A stretch of DNA of 64,000 bases. Source: an uncultured bacterium (GTDB lineage Bacteria > Patescibacteriota > Minisyncoccia > UBA6257 > GWB1-50-10). This document shows positions 49,318 through 59,573 of the stretch, in pieces. The translations under genes were made by a program, and so were the position numbers. Each line of letters starts with the position of its first letter. Within the stretch, counting starts at the first letter, position 1. The stretch is taken from NCBI GenBank assembly GCA_963722655.1, contig CAVRNT010000002.1, positions 206,287 to 270,286 of the forward strand, in the 5' to 3' direction. The notes beneath the pieces were generated by a model, which saw only the letters and a list, made by a program, of their open reading frames with translations, was not told the DNA's origin and ran no database searches.

Positions 49318-52300
49318 TTATTTGATTATCAAACTCGGGGTTTCGCTTTGGTCCTGGGCGTAGGTCGGCCAATTTTGCCAATCAACTCTCTTACCGACCA
49401 GCCGGTAGGAGAACTGGACCGGAGCGGTGCCGGTGAAGATTATCTCGTTACCCTGAACCTGATAAGCGATGGCGGCCGGCGTCCCGATCGGCGTCGCGAA
49501 CGCATCGACGTTGTCTGCGGAGAAATCGACGACGTTCCGCCAGACCCAAAGGTCCGAGCCATCTTTCACTTCGTCAAAATCAAGGGTGTACTGGTATCCG
49601 CCGGCCGTCTTGGCGAGGGTTCCTTTGCCGACGTATTCTTCGTTCACTCCGCCCGCGATGGCCGAGGCGTAAGTGGAATAGTTATGGCCGTCTATCTCGT
49701 AGAGCGGGTCGATGGCCGTCACGCTGATCTTGTTCACCCCGCTGATATTGTAGCCGTTCATATTAACATTCCCCTGCGCCGCCCCGCCCAGCGACCAGTT
49801 GCCGGACAAAGTGGAGGTACCGGAAACAGTGATCGTGGCAAAGCTGCTCGTAGCGCTTCCGCCGGCGATGATCGAGTTCACGTAGCTCATGGTCGCGGCG
49901 TCCGAGCCAACCACCGGCGTCGCCACATTGATGATGCGACCGTTATTTACGTCAATCGAGGGATTGCCACCGGCTACTACCAGATTGGCCGTGGTCGGGG
50001 TGGTAGTGCCGATGCCGACGTTGCCGTTTGACTGCACGGTCAATGCCGGAGCGTTCGCGTTGTAATACAGTTTGAATTTACTTGAATCACCGTAATCGTT
50101 GGCCATTGTCCAAGTCGCCGAGTTAGTGTTCAAGGCGAATGAGGAACTTGATGTCCCACCGATGACGACCGGTGCGCCGGTAAGATTAATGGCATTACTG
50201 TTATTGGGAATCGCGATTTTGTAAGCCAAAGCACTGGCGGCATTTCTGCTCTGCACATAGAAATTACTACCGCTGTTATTGTAAGCATTGATGGTCACAT
50301 TGCTCCCCGTGAAATCTACATTGTTTCCGGCGGCGTAGCTCAAAGCTCCAAAGTTGGTCGCTTGGGCTTGGCCATTCACGGTAAGAAGGGCGGCCGGCGT
50401 AGTCGTCCCGATGCCGACGTTGCTTGATGTGCTTATTCTTATGGCGGGTGTTGCCGAACCACCGGCGTAGAAGTTAAATCCGCCAGAAGATGCTCCATTG
50501 TAAAGAGAATAAAAGTCCATCGCACCATTAGAATCGTAGGGCACGATGTAGCTGTCATTGGAGGCATTCGGGCTTCCGTAATCCTTCCCAGAGGCGAATT
50601 TGTAATTCGTTCCAACGTTCACATTCCCGTAAATCGTGGAGGTTCCGTTAACAACAAGGGCCGTGGTTGGCGTCGTCGTCCCGATCCCTACGTTCCAGGA
50701 GGTGCTTGAGGGGTAGAGATAGGAACCGCTCTGGAGCCAGTAGAAGGGAGAGACGGAGGTGAGAGCGGTGTTGAGAGTGCTCAAGTTCACCGCATCTCCG
50801 TTCTGCGTCGGGGTACCCACGTTGATGATGCGGCCGTTGTTCACGTCGATCGATGGGTTGCCTCCGGCTACCACCAGATTGGCGGTCGTGGGAGTCGTCG
50901 TTCCGATGCCGACGTTACCACTTTTAACTGCGAGATAAGATGAGCTGGAACTGTAAAGACCAGAAGTTGGAGCTAGATTATCCGTTGCACCTATCGTCAA
51001 ATCCCCACTCAAGTTCCCGTGGGTGCCGTAGTAGATCATATTATTGTTGTTTAGATCAAAAAGCGGGTCTAACGTGCTCACCTGTGAAAAACGGAGTCCA
51101 CCGCCAATTCCGCCGGCGGCACCGCCACTCAACCGAAACGTATTACCACCGTTCTGCAAGTTCAAGACCGCATTCGTTGTTGATGATGACATTATCGAAA
51201 GCGTTGAGGACGGATTAGAACCGCTCCCTATTAGTGCATTCCCCACTACTTGTAGGGTTTTAGAGGGTGTCGTCGTCCCAATGCCGACGTTGTAGCTCGT
51301 GCTGTTCGGATAGAGGTTAGAACTATTGAGGGTCCAGTATTGGGTGGAGGTGGCGGCTAGGACGGCGGAGTCAACGTAGCTTTTTGTGACGGCATCGCTT
51401 GCGGCGGTCGGGGTGGCGAGATTAATGATCCGGCCACTCTGGGCGTCAATTGAGGGATTACCGCCTGCAACGACAAGATTGGCTGTGGTGGGGGTCGAGG
51501 TGCCGATGCCGACGTTACCGCCGCCATAGTCGAGTGCGAGGTTCTTCCAGCCGGGCGCAACCCTGTCGTAGGATAAAATTTCTCCGACATCAGCACTAGA
51601 ATCGTATCTTATTTCAACGCCTTTACCGGATGTCGGAAGAACGTTCGTCGTGCTCAATGCCCGTATCGTCCCCAAAGTATCAAGAGTTGCTACTGGCGTG
51701 GAAGTGGCGATGCCAACCTTGCCGCCACTCGTGATTCCCATCGCAAACCCACTACCGATGGTGTTACTACCCACATTGAACTCAATTCCCTTTGATACCC
51801 CAGCTTGAATAACAGCATTCGCACTGGCACTATCATACCCAATGAAAACTCTTCCCGCTTGTTGGGAAGAACCACCTCCGGCTATTCCTATGTAAGTATT
51901 CACCGCCCCCCCGTCACCGAAAAGGGCAAGCTGGCTACTTCCTCCGATGGTAAGGGCATAAGGAGGAGTGGTAGTAGCGATGCCGACATTCCAAGAGGTG
52001 CTTGAAGGGTAAATATTGCTTCCGCTCAGAACCCAAACCACAGAACCGCTACCACCTGTTACAGAATCAACGTACGATTTTGTTGCGGCGTCGCTCGCAT
52101 TTGTTGGGGTAGCAACGTTTATAATTTTGCTGTTTTGGACGTCAAGAGCTACGCCACCGACGTTAGTTGATACGACGAGACCCGCGGACGTGGGGGTCGT
52201 AGTACCGATGCCAACGTTGCCGGAACCATTAACATAAAAATAAGACGGGGTGGCCACAGAATAAGGTCCAATGGAAAATGGCTGCCAATTGCCCGAAACT

Positions 52301-53265
52301 AAACTACTGGAACCGCTTTGAAGGTAACTAACTCCGCCGCTTGTTGTTAAACGAATGGCTCCTCCGCCGTTTTGATAATCAAGAATGCTCCCATTGACGG
52401 TCATCGCTTGAGGCGGCGTCGTCGTCCCGATGCCGACGTTGCCGCCACTTGTAGGATTCAAAGCAATGCCGTTTCCACCACCCTGTATTGTTAACGCTTT
52501 ATACGCAGATGCTCCCCTATCATACGACTGGATGACGCCGGAATCCGTGGTGCCATTGTAATATATTTCAAGACCCTTTCCTGTTGTTGGTGCAACCTGA
52601 CTGCCAGACAGAGTGCGGAAGGTCTGGGTGATATCGAGTTGGGCAGATGGCGTAGTCGTCCCGATGCCAACGTTGCCGTTAAAATAGCTATTCCCGTAAA
52701 CGTTTAATGCTTGCGGCTGGTTTGATGTCGTCGATGTGCCGACGACGAGCGCCGCTGCGCCGCCGCCCGCTCCCGGAAACGCGTAAACTGTCGCCGCGAA
52801 CGGCCCACCCGAGATGTTCGCCGGGTTGATGCTCGAAAGCTGGGAAGCGCTGCCGTAATAGGCACCGGTCGTGAAGACATTACCCTGGACGGTCAGCGGG
52901 TAACCGGGCGATGTCGTCGTCGCGATTCCGATGTAGCCGGAGTTGTTCGACGTCAGGGCGGTAACGTTAGCGGCATTGTTGTGGTCGATGAGGTTGAACT
53001 TGCCGCTACTGTCGCGCTCCAAGATCCAGTAGTACGAACCGGCGGAATAGCTCAATCTCAATTGGTTGCCGCTGGCGCTTTGGATGTCCAGTGCGGCGGC
53101 AGGATTCGCCGTGTTGACGCCCAAGCTGGTTCCGCTTGCGTTCAAAACCGAGCAGTTGTTCGGCGCGGCGCAGGTGGGGCCAGTGAAAGCCATGATTTTT
53201 GGCGAAACAAAAATTATGACAGAATACAGAATTAAGAATACGGAATAGAGGACGAAGCGTTTCAT
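49318..53265 (-). CDS. Giant secreted repeat protein (1315 aa) with about 10 tail-fibre-like GNVGIGTTTP repeat units
   Basis: Signal/TM N-terminus. Repeats such as GNVGIGTTTPTTANLVVAGGNPSIDVNNGRIINVATP and GNVGIGTSTPTTANLVVAGGNPSIDAQSGRIINLATP. The C-terminal domain is shared with the 926-aa protein. Confidence 0.6.
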   Translation of the reverse strand: MKRFVLYSVFLILYSVIIFVSPKIMAFTGPTCAAPNNCSVLNASGTSLGVNTANPAAALDIQSASGNQLRLSYSAGSYYWILERDSSGKFNLIDHNNAANVTALTSNNSGYIGIATTTSPGYPLTVQGNVFTTGAYYGSASQLSSINPANISGGPFAATVYAFPGAGGGAAALVVGTSTTSNQPQALNVYGNSYFNGNVGIGTTTPSAQLDITQTFRTLSGSQVAPTTGKGLEIYYNGTTDSGVIQSYDRGASAYKALTIQGGGNGIALNPTSGGNVGIGTTTPPQAMTVNGSILDYQNGGGAIRLTTSGGVSYLQSGSSSLVSGNWQPFSIGPYSVATPSYFYVNGSGNVGIGTTTPTSAGLVVSTNVGGVALDVQNSKIINVATPTNASDAATKSYVDSVTGGSGSVVWVLSGSNIYPSSTSWNVGIATTTPPYALTIGGSSQLALFGDGGAVNTYIGIAGGGSSQQAGRVFIGYDSASANAVIQAGVSKGIEFNVGSNTIGSGFAMGITSGGKVGIATSTPVATLDTLGTIRALSTTNVLPTSGKGVEIRYDSSADVGEILSYDRVAPGWKNLALDYGGGNVGIGTSTPTTANLVVAGGNPSIDAQSGRIINLATPTAASDAVTKSYVDSAVLAATSTQYWTLNSSNLYPNSTSYNVGIGTTTPSKTLQVVGNALIGSGSNPSSTLSIMSSSTTNAVLNLQNGGNTFRLSGGAAGGIGGGLRFSQVSTLDPLFDLNNNNMIYYGTHGNLSGDLTIGATDNLAPTSGLYSSSSSYLAVKSGNVGIGTTTPTTANLVVAGGNPSIDVNNGRIINVGTPTQNGDAVNLSTLNTALTSVSPFYWLQSGSYLYPSSTSWNVGIGTTTPTTALVVNGTSTIYGNVNVGTNYKFASGKDYGSPNASNDSYIVPYDSNGAMDFYSLYNGASSGGFNFYAGGSATPAIRISTSSNVGIGTTTPAALLTVNGQAQATNFGALSYAAGNNVDFTGSNVTINAYNNSGSNFYVQSRNAASALAYKIAIPNNSNAINLTGAPVVIGGTSSSSFALNTNSATWTMANDYGDSSKFKLYYNANAPALTVQSNGNVGIGTTTPTTANLVVAGGNPSIDVNNGRIINVATPVVGSDAATMSYVNSIIAGGSATSSFATITVSGTSTLSGNWSLGGAAQGNVNMNGYNISGVNKISVTAIDPLYEIDGHNYSTYASAIAGGVNEEYVGKGTLAKTAGGYQYTLDFDEVKDGSDLWVWRNVVDFSADNVDAFATPIGTPAAIAYQVQGNEIIFTGTAPVQFSYRLVGKRVDWQNWPTYAQDQSETPSLIIK

Positions 53266-53266
53266 T

Positions 53267-53791
53267 TTATTTGGAGAGTACGGTTATCGTTCCGCTGATC
53301 TTGCCGAAGGGCGGACAATGGTCTCGGCAAGCGAAGGTGAACGTGCCCGGAGTGTTGCCGCTCGAGAAGCCGGGGAACTTCGTCGTTTGGCCGGATGCGG
53401 CGTCGATGTAAAATCCCAGGGACCGGGAGAAGATGTCATAATGGCCGCCTTGGCTCGTAAAGTTGATGGTAATGATCTGATTCGGATGCACGGTGAGCGT
53501 GGCGGGTGAGTAGCCGCTCGCCGAGGCGGTGATGTCATAAATGTTCTGTTCCACCGCGCCCGGCGTGCCGGAGGCGGCCGAGATGGATTGGACGGGCGCG
53601 GTCGGCGCGGCGTTCGTCGGCACGGTCGGGCTGTAGCCCGGGGAGGCACCGCCGGACGGATTGATCGCAGTCGAACCGCCAGTCGGACTAGACGCCGGGC
53701 CTTCCCCTTTCCGAACGGCGACGCCGACGATGAGGCCGCCTAAAACCACCACCGCGAGCACGACAACGATTACGGCCTGCTTCTTCGTCAT
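53267..53791 (-). CDS. Membrane-anchored small cupredoxin-like fold protein (paralogue), with a possible metal site
   Basis: TM helix, Pro/Ala/Thr linker, YDITASASGYSPATLTVHPNQIITINFTSQGGHYD...FACRDHCPPFGKISGTITV. A His/Cys/His cluster is present. Confidence 0.35.
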   Translation of the reverse strand: MTKKQAVIVVVLAVVVLGGLIVGVAVRKGEGPASSPTGGSTAINPSGGASPGYSPTVPTNAAPTAPVQSISAASGTPGAVEQNIYDITASASGYSPATLTVHPNQIITINFTSQGGHYDIFSRSLGFYIDAASGQTTKFPGFSSGNTPGTFTFACRDHCPPFGKISGTITVLSK

Positions 53792-53846
53792 TTATTGTTT
53801 AATTATACCAAAAGCGTGAGGGGAACCCTTCTGGTATAATACTGGG

Positions 53847-54014
53847 ATGAAGTGGACGCAGTGGGTTTTGCTCGTTTTGGGGCTCTGGCTCCTCCTTTCG
53901 CCTTGGCTCCTCGGCTTTTCGGCCTTCAATCTCGTCGCTTGGAACAACGTCCTGGTCGGCGCGCTCGTCATCATCTTCGTCTTGTGGCACTTTTCGGAGT
54001 CCAATAACTCTTAA
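53847..54014 (+). CDS. Small SPW-repeat membrane protein (55 aa; below the ORF-track cutoff)
   Basis: Manual translation gives MKWTQWVLLVLGLWLLLSPWLLGFSAFNLVAWNNVLVGALVIIFVLWHFSESNNS*. Preceded by TGGTATAAT, an extended -10. Confidence 0.5.
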   Translation: MKWTQWVLLVLGLWLLLSPWLLGFSAFNLVAWNNVLVGALVIIFVLWHFSESNNS

Positions 54015-54067
54015 AAACCCGCGGCCTGGACGCGGGGAAAAGGTCGTACTTCTCTCCATCAACAAAA

Positions 54068-54193
54068 ATGTACCAGTGTCCGGATTGCGGATACACCTCG
54101 GCCGAACCGGGCGATTGCCCGACCTGCGGCATTCCGCTCGTTGAATCCCCCAGCGCCGACGAAAAAGAGATCTTGGACGGGAACGAGGATTAG
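54068..54193 (+). CDS. Rubredoxin-like mini zinc-ribbon protein (41 aa)
   Basis: MYQCPDCGYTSAEPGDCPTCGIPLVESPSADEKEILDGNED*, with CxxCG...CPxCG knuckles. Confidence 0.45.
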   Translation: MYQCPDCGYTSAEPGDCPTCGIPLVESPSADEKEILDGNED

Positions 54194-54229
54194 TTTGCCT
54201 TCGCCGACCAGCCGCCTTAAAATGGCGGT

Positions 54230-55174
54230 ATGCCTCGCAGTATGTACGACCTCGTGATAGTGGGCGGTGGCCCGGCGGGCGTCGCGGCCGGCGTTTACGC
54301 CGCGCGCAAGAAGATGAAGACGGTCCTCGTGACCGATGCCTTCGGCGGCCAATCGCTCGTCTCGGCCGACATCCAGAACTGGATCGGCGAGAAGTCCATT
54401 TCGGGCTACGACCTGGCCCAAAAGATGGAAGCTCATCTCCGCGCCCAAGAGATCGAGATCGACGACGGCGACCTCGCGACAGGGATCATGGTGGTCCAGC
54501 CCTATAAATTCGAAGTTAAGACCAAAAACGGCAAGGTATTCGAGACCAAAACTGTCCTCATCGTCTCGGGCAGCCGAAGGAAGAAATTGAACGTGCCCGG
54601 CGAGAAGGAGTTCGAGGGTAAGGGCGTGGTCTACTGCTCCATCTGCGACGCGCCCCTTTTCGGCGGCAAAAATGTGGCGGTCGTGGGCGGCGGGAACTCG
54701 GGGCTGGAGGCCGTGCGCGACCTCCTCCCCTACGCCAAGGGAATCTACCTCATCCATCACGGGGCGGAACTCAAGGGCGACAAAGGAACGCAGGAGAAGG
54801 TCCTGAACCGGCCGAACGTCCACGTCGTTTTGAACGCCGAAACGCAGTCCATTGACGGCAAGACCGGCGTGGAGGGCCTGACGTACAAGGACCTCAAGAC
54901 CGGCGAGACGAAAAAATTGGAAGTTCAAGGGGTCTTCGTCGAGGTCGGCCTATTGCCGAATAGCGACATTGTGAAGGGTTTAGTGGACCTGAACGACCAT
55001 GGAGCGATCAAGATAAATTTCCAGACCCAAGCGACGAGCCGCGAGGGGATTTGGGCCGCGGGCGACGTTGCGGACAGCTTATATCGCCAGAACAACATCT
55101 CTATGGGCGATGCCGTGAAGGCGGTTCTCAACATCTACGATTATCTCCACGCTAAGAACTTGCTTGAGAGCTAA
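54230..55174 (+). CDS. trxB: Thioredoxin-disulfide reductase-like FAD/NAD(P) oxidoreductase
   Basis: DLVIVGGGPAGVAAGVYAAR (FAD GxGxxG), redox-active CSICDAPLF, and a second Rossmann motif VAVVGGGNSGLEA. Confidence 0.85.
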   Translation: MPRSMYDLVIVGGGPAGVAAGVYAARKKMKTVLVTDAFGGQSLVSADIQNWIGEKSISGYDLAQKMEAHLRAQEIEIDDGDLATGIMVVQPYKFEVKTKNGKVFETKTVLIVSGSRRKKLNVPGEKEFEGKGVVYCSICDAPLFGGKNVAVVGGGNSGLEAVRDLLPYAKGIYLIHHGAELKGDKGTQEKVLNRPNVHVVLNAETQSIDGKTGVEGLTYKDLKTGETKKLEVQGVFVEVGLLPNSDIVKGLVDLNDHGAIKINFQTQATSREGIWAAGDVADSLYRQNNISMGDAVKAVLNIYDYLHAKNLLES

Positions 55175-55225
55175 ACGATCAAAGTTTGGAGGTTGAACTT
55201 CCTTCGGAGGTTCAACCTCCCGACA

Positions 55226-55257
55226 TTAAAAACCCCGACCGTGAGGTCGGGGTTTTC
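55226..55257. terminator. Bidirectional intrinsic terminator between trxB and the minus-strand Zn-ribbon gene
   Basis: AAAAACCCCGACCGTGAGGTCGGGGTTTT. It is preceded by a second hairpin GGAGGTTGAACttccttcGGAGGTTCAACCTCC. Confidence 0.55.
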
Positions 55258-55264
55258 AGTCGCC

Positions 55265-55441
55265 TTATCTGCGGAAAGAGCGAACTCTCTCGGCGTGGCA
55301 GTTCCGGCACAGGAGCTTGTCCAACCGGTTTGCATCCGGTTCGAACGGCAGCTCCGTGATCGGCGCACCGCACTTGGCGCAGGTCCAGTTCCCTTTGTAC
55401 ATCTGACGCTGGAAACCGCCCTGATTCTGATCAAAAGCCAT
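55265..55441 (-). CDS. Small CxxC...CxxC zinc-ribbon protein (58 aa; below the ORF-track cutoff)
   Basis: Manual translation gives MAFDQNQGGFQRQMYKGNWTCAKCGAPITELPFEPDANRLDKLLCRNCHAERVRSFRR*. Confidence 0.45.
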   Translation of the reverse strand: MAFDQNQGGFQRQMYKGNWTCAKCGAPITELPFEPDANRLDKLLCRNCHAERVRSFRR

Positions 55442-55576
55442 TTTCTTTTTGCTTATTCGTCCCTTTAATCTAGGAGCTCTTTGAAATGGCCTTGATACGA
55501 TCTTCGCCTTCTCGCGATGCTTCTAAACCTGGTTTGAAGGTAGCACAAAGGTTGGGGAAAAGCAAGTCCCGTTCCA

Positions 55577-56374
55577 CTACCCAGTCAATTTGTCGAAAAG
55601 CTGCTGTAAAGCGTTCAAAGGCATTGCCCCGCCGATCGTGAAGATCTTCTTGTCGGGCGAAATCTGGAAAACCTGCGGTTGGCTCGGATATTGGGTGTTC
55701 AGGGCGTTCAAGACGTTCAGCGCTCCCTGAGAAAGCGGTTGGTTCAGCATGACGATGCTGTAGGGCGTGCCGAGTGCGCCGTCCGCGATGGCCTCTTGGG
55801 ACTGCTTGGTGATGATGTCCTGACCGTAGGTGCTCGAAAGGCAGGAGTTAAAGGCGTTCACGTCCAAGCCGACTTGGGAGGCGATCTGCGGGAGCTCCGC
55901 CGGGTCGAGACCGTTGTTCGCCGGAGTCGTGGCATAAAGCGTATCGATATATTTCCAATAAACGGCGTTGCCGCCCAGTTTCGCCGCGCATTCGGCCGCT
56001 TGAGCTTCGTGGGGCGCTTTGGGATGGAGCTCGGGGATCGGATAGTTGCGGAAGACCCACGCCACACTCGTTGCGTACTGCTGGCTTATCTGTTCCATCG
56101 TCTGATGAAATTGCTGGCAGTAGGGGCACTCGAGATCGGCGAACTCAATGACCTTCACCGGCGCGTTCGCGTTCCCCATGATGTGGTCAGACGCGATAAC
56201 CGGCTGGACCTTGGTGAAGTCACCCGTTTGGGGCGCGCTCGGCAGGTTCGCCGCCTGACTCCCCGAACTCTTTCCAGCGGAGTAGACGATCGCGAACGCT
56301 ACGAGGACGGCGGCGACCAAGATGCTCACCGGCAAGAGGTAATCCCTCTTCTTCTTTTGGATGTTTTCTTCCAT
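55577..56374 (-). CDS. Membrane-anchored DsbA-family thiol:disulfide oxidoreductase
   Basis: N-terminal TM helix. The active site CPYC sits in [15 protein letters not shown]. Confidence 0.8.
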   Translation of the reverse strand: MEENIQKKKRDYLLPVSILVAAVLVAFAIVYSAGKSSGSQAANLPSAPQTGDFTKVQPVIASDHIMGNANAPVKVIEFADLECPYCQQFHQTMEQISQQYATSVAWVFRNYPIPELHPKAPHEAQAAECAAKLGGNAVYWKYIDTLYATTPANNGLDPAELPQIASQVGLDVNAFNSCLSSTYGQDIITKQSQEAIADGALGTPYSIVMLNQPLSQGALNVLNALNTQYPSQPQVFQISPDKKIFTIGGAMPLNALQQLFDKLTG

Positions 56375-56391
56375 ACGGATTCTATTATACT

Positions 56392-59300
56392 ATGGAAACG
56401 ATGCGAATCAAGAAGATCCTCATCCTTTTGAGCGATATCGTCATCCTTTATTTATCGCTGTTTTTGACGCTCGTCGCCCGCTACGGCTACCCCGATTTCG
56501 AGGCGGCTTTGCCGGCCCACGTCGCGCCGTTCTCGCTCCTCTTCATCGTCTGGCTCCTCATTTTCTACCTCGCCGATCTCTACAAGGCCGCGACGCTCCG
56601 CAATCAAGTGACGCTCATCCGGGCGATCGTGATCGCGGTCATCCTCGGCGGGCTGATCTCAATGGGCGCTTTCTATCTCTTTTCCGGCCTCTTCGAGCTA
56701 ACGCCTAAGACAAACCTTTTGATCTTCAGCGCCGTCCTTTTCGTTTTGATGTACGGCTGGCGCTCCATCATCTCCAAATTCACGGCCCGGAACGCCCTGA
56801 ACGTGCTCCTCATCGGCGATTCCCCCGCCATCAAAGAGACCATTGATCATCTCGCCCAAAATCCCCAATCCGGCTACCGGATTGCATCCCATCTCCGGGA
56901 CTTGGCCGGCAAGAGCGTCCGCGACGTCGTCGCCGAGATCGGCGCGAAGGAGGTGAACCTCGTCGCCATCCAGTCCAAACTCCTCAAAGACCCGGAGGTC
57001 GCCAAGCTCGTTTACCGAATACTGCCTTTGCACGTGAACGCGCTAGAGTTCGCCGATTTCTACGAGACCGTGTTCGAGAAAGTGCCGCTCGAGGAGATTT
57101 CCGAAGACTGGTTCGTGAAGAACCTGGAAATGCGACGGCCGTTTTACGACGTCATGAAGCGGTCACTGGATGGGTCAACCCTGAAGCATGTCATCTCCGG
57201 GAAACCGCTTGAAACGGAAGTTCTTCTCACACTCGCGATTGAGATTGCCGACGCCTTGGACGCCGCTCACGCCGAAGGCATCATTCACCGCGACATCAAA
57301 CCCGCCAATATTTTCGTGACCAAGCGGGGACACGCCAAGATTCTCGACTTCGGGTTGGCGAAACTGTCGGTCACGGGAGAGCGCGCGGCCGACACGACAA
57401 CGGGTTCGGGCCAAGTAACCGGCGGCACGACATCGGAGCATCTGACCGGTCCTGGCTCTACGCTCGGCACGATTGCTTACATGTCGCCGGAGCAGGTGAA
57501 GGCCAAGGAACTCGACGCACGAACCGATTTGTTTTCGTTCGGAGTGGTTTTGTACGAAATGGCGACAGGCGTGACGCCATTTCGCGCTGAGAGTACCGGG
57601 CTGATCTTCGACGCGATCCTGAACCGCAATCCACTGCCCCCGGGACAACTGAATCCTGATATGCCGACCGAGCTTGGACGGATTATCCGCCGAGCGCTGG
57701 AGAAAGATCCCGATGTCCGTTACCAGACCGCCGCGGAACTTCGCGACGACCTGAAACGCTTGCAGCGTGAGTTGGATTCCGGCCGCTCGGTGGCAACCTC
57801 TGCTGTGTCGGGTGCGCTCGAAGAAGTTCGCGGAACCCACGCGCATCGTCGATGGTACACATTGGCCGTCGTTGCCGGCGGCGCTCTTATCGCCATCATG
57901 GCGATTCTTGGATATTTTCTAACGCGCCCGGTGGCGCCGCCCCGGGTGTTGCGAACTGTTCAGCTCACCAACACGAATCGGCCGAAATCAGGCGTAGTCA
58001 CGGACGGTTCGCGGCTTTACTTCATCGAGGGCCAATCTGGCCTTTCCCAAACCGCCGTGAATGGCGGCGAAACGTTTCCCATACCCACCTCCTTGGAGGA
58101 CACTGGCTTTTCCAACGTTTTCGATATCTCGCCAGACGGTTCTTCGCTTTTGATGAATACAGCCCGAGGGACGTCTCTCGATGGCCCTCTTTGGAGCGTC
58201 CCTGTGCTTGGCGGCTCGCCCCGTCGATTGGGCAGCCTTGAGGGTCACGCCGGTGCGTGGTCGCCGGACGGGCAGAGGATGGCCTACTGCAAAGGGAACG
58301 AGATATTCCTGGCGAATAACGATGGCAGGGAGCCACGCCGGCTCTTGCTGGCGGCTGGAACTTCTAACGATCTCCGCTGGTCGCCCGACGGGTCGATTTT
58401 GCGTTTTACCTTGAACGATCCCAAGACCAACAACCGCTCCATCTGGCAAGTTTCCGCGGACGGCAGCAATCTTCGACCGCTGCTTCCGGGTTGGAACAGC
58501 ACACCCAACGAATGCTGTGGTAACTGGACGCCGGACGGAAGGTATTTTGTATTCCAGGCCGTGCGCGACGGGACGGCAAACCTTTGGGCCCTGAACGAAC
58601 GTCGTGGCTTTTTCCGCTCAACCCCCCAGAAGCCGGTTCAGTTGACGACTGGGCCAATGAATGTGGGCAATCCCGTCCCGAGCCGCGATGGCAAGAAACT
58701 CTTCGCCCAAGGCTGGCAGCCCCGGGGGGAATTGGTGCGCTACGATGCCAAATCAGGACAATTCGCCCCTTACCTTTCGGGAATCTCGGCGATGGGACTC
58801 GACTTCTCCCGTGATGGAGAGTGGGTCGCCTACAACGATGGCTCCGATGGCACCATGTGGCGAAGTAAGATAGACGGAACCCAGAAGCTGCAACTTGTTT
58901 TCCCGCCCATGCTGGCTTACCTGCCTCGATGGTCTCCGGACGGGAAGCAGATCGCCTTCTTTGGTCATCCGCCCGGCGAACCCTGGCAAATCTATGTGGT
59001 TCCCGCCGAAGGTGGCTCTCCCGAATTGATCTATCGAAGTGCAACCAACTCGGCGGACCCCAACTGGTCGCCAGACGGCAAATCGCTGGTCTTCGGAAAG
59101 AATTCACTGAACAATCAGGGGTCGGCGGTCTTCGTTCTCGATCTGAAGACGCGGAAAGCCTCGCAGTTGCCAGAATCCGACGGCCTCTATTCTCCACGCT
59201 GGTCCCCTGACGGACGCTACATTGCAGCCATCACGCTGGATTCTCTTAAGCTCATGCTTTTTGATTTCACCACTCAAAAATGGACTGAGCTCGCCGAGAT

Positions 59301-59553
59301 TTTCGTAGCCTATCCGACTTGGTCCCGAGACGCGCGCTATTTGTATTTTGACGGGATTCTGGACAACCAAGAGGGCTCTTTCCGCGTGCAAATCTCCGAC
59401 CGCAAACTGGAGCGCCTTTTCAGCCTGAAAGGGTTTCAGGCGGCCGGAGGAGCCTTCGGAAACTGGAGCGGCCTCGCCCCAGACGGATCTCCGTTGTTTG
59501 TCCGCGACGCCAGCATCCAGGAGATCTATGCTCTCGATGTGGAGATGCCTTAG
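56392..59553 (+). CDS. Chimeric ORF: polyprenyl-phosphate sugar transferase N-terminal half (TM plus CoA-binding-like domain), joined in frame at about aa 262 to a Ser/Thr kinase C-lobe, a TM segment and a TolB-like PD40 beta-propeller
   Basis: Residues 1-260 have WbaP-like TM helices plus ...[11 protein letters not shown]...[10 protein letters not shown], the start of the Bac_transf catalytic domain. The sequence then switches to [49 protein letters not shown]...DFGLAK...APE (kinase subdomains V-XI with no Gly-loop or VAIK Lys). This is followed by repeated WSPDG... PD40 blades. Codon usage shifts at the join (~57175). Confidence 0.6.
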   Translation: METMRIKKILILLSDIVILYLSLFLTLVARYGYPDFEAALPAHVAPFSLLFIVWLLIFYLADLYKAATLRNQVTLIRAIVIAVILGGLISMGAFYLFSGLFELTPKTNLLIFSAVLFVLMYGWRSIISKFTARNALNVLLIGDSPAIKETIDHLAQNPQSGYRIASHLRDLAGKSVRDVVAEIGAKEVNLVAIQSKLLKDPEVAKLVYRILPLHVNALEFADFYETVFEKVPLEEISEDWFVKNLEMRRPFYDVMKRSLDGSTLKHVISGKPLETEVLLTLAIEIADALDAAHAEGIIHRDIKPANIFVTKRGHAKILDFGLAKLSVTGERAADTTTGSGQVTGGTTSEHLTGPGSTLGTIAYMSPEQVKAKELDARTDLFSFGVVLYEMATGVTPFRAESTGLIFDAILNRNPLPPGQLNPDMPTELGRIIRRALEKDPDVRYQTAAELRDDLKRLQRELDSGRSVATSAVSGALEEVRGTHAHRRWYTLAVVAGGALIAIMAILGYFLTRPVAPPRVLRTVQLTNTNRPKSGVVTDGSRLYFIEGQSGLSQTAVNGGETFPIPTSLEDTGFSNVFDISPDGSSLLMNTARGTSLDGPLWSVPVLGGSPRRLGSLEGHAGAWSPDGQRMAYCKGNEIFLANNDGREPRRLLLAAGTSNDLRWSPDGSILRFTLNDPKTNNRSIWQVSADGSNLRPLLPGWNSTPNECCGNWTPDGRYFVFQAVRDGTANLWALNERRGFFRSTPQKPVQLTTGPMNVGNPVPSRDGKKLFAQGWQPRGELVRYDAKSGQFAPYLSGISAMGLDFSRDGEWVAYNDGSDGTMWRSKIDGTQKLQLVFPPMLAYLPRWSPDGKQIAFFGHPPGEPWQIYVVPAEGGSPELIYRSATNSADPNWSPDGKSLVFGKNSLNNQGSAVFVLDLKTRKASQLPESDGLYSPRWSPDGRYIAAITLDSLKLMLFDFTTQKWTELAEIFVAYPTWSRDARYLYFDGILDNQEGSFRVQISDRKLERLFSLKGFQAAGGAFGNWSGLAPDGSPLFVRDASIQEIYALDVEMP

Positions 59554-59573
59554 TTCTCCTTGCCCGCAACCGG

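Noticed and set aside
56392-59553. Interpreting the 1053-aa ORF as a single bona fide multidomain receptor kinase
   Set aside because: The sugar-transferase domain is cut at the start of its catalytic region and the kinase lacks its N-lobe. The codon-usage break at the join favours a chimera or fusion artefact. It is kept as a finding rather than a clean annotation.
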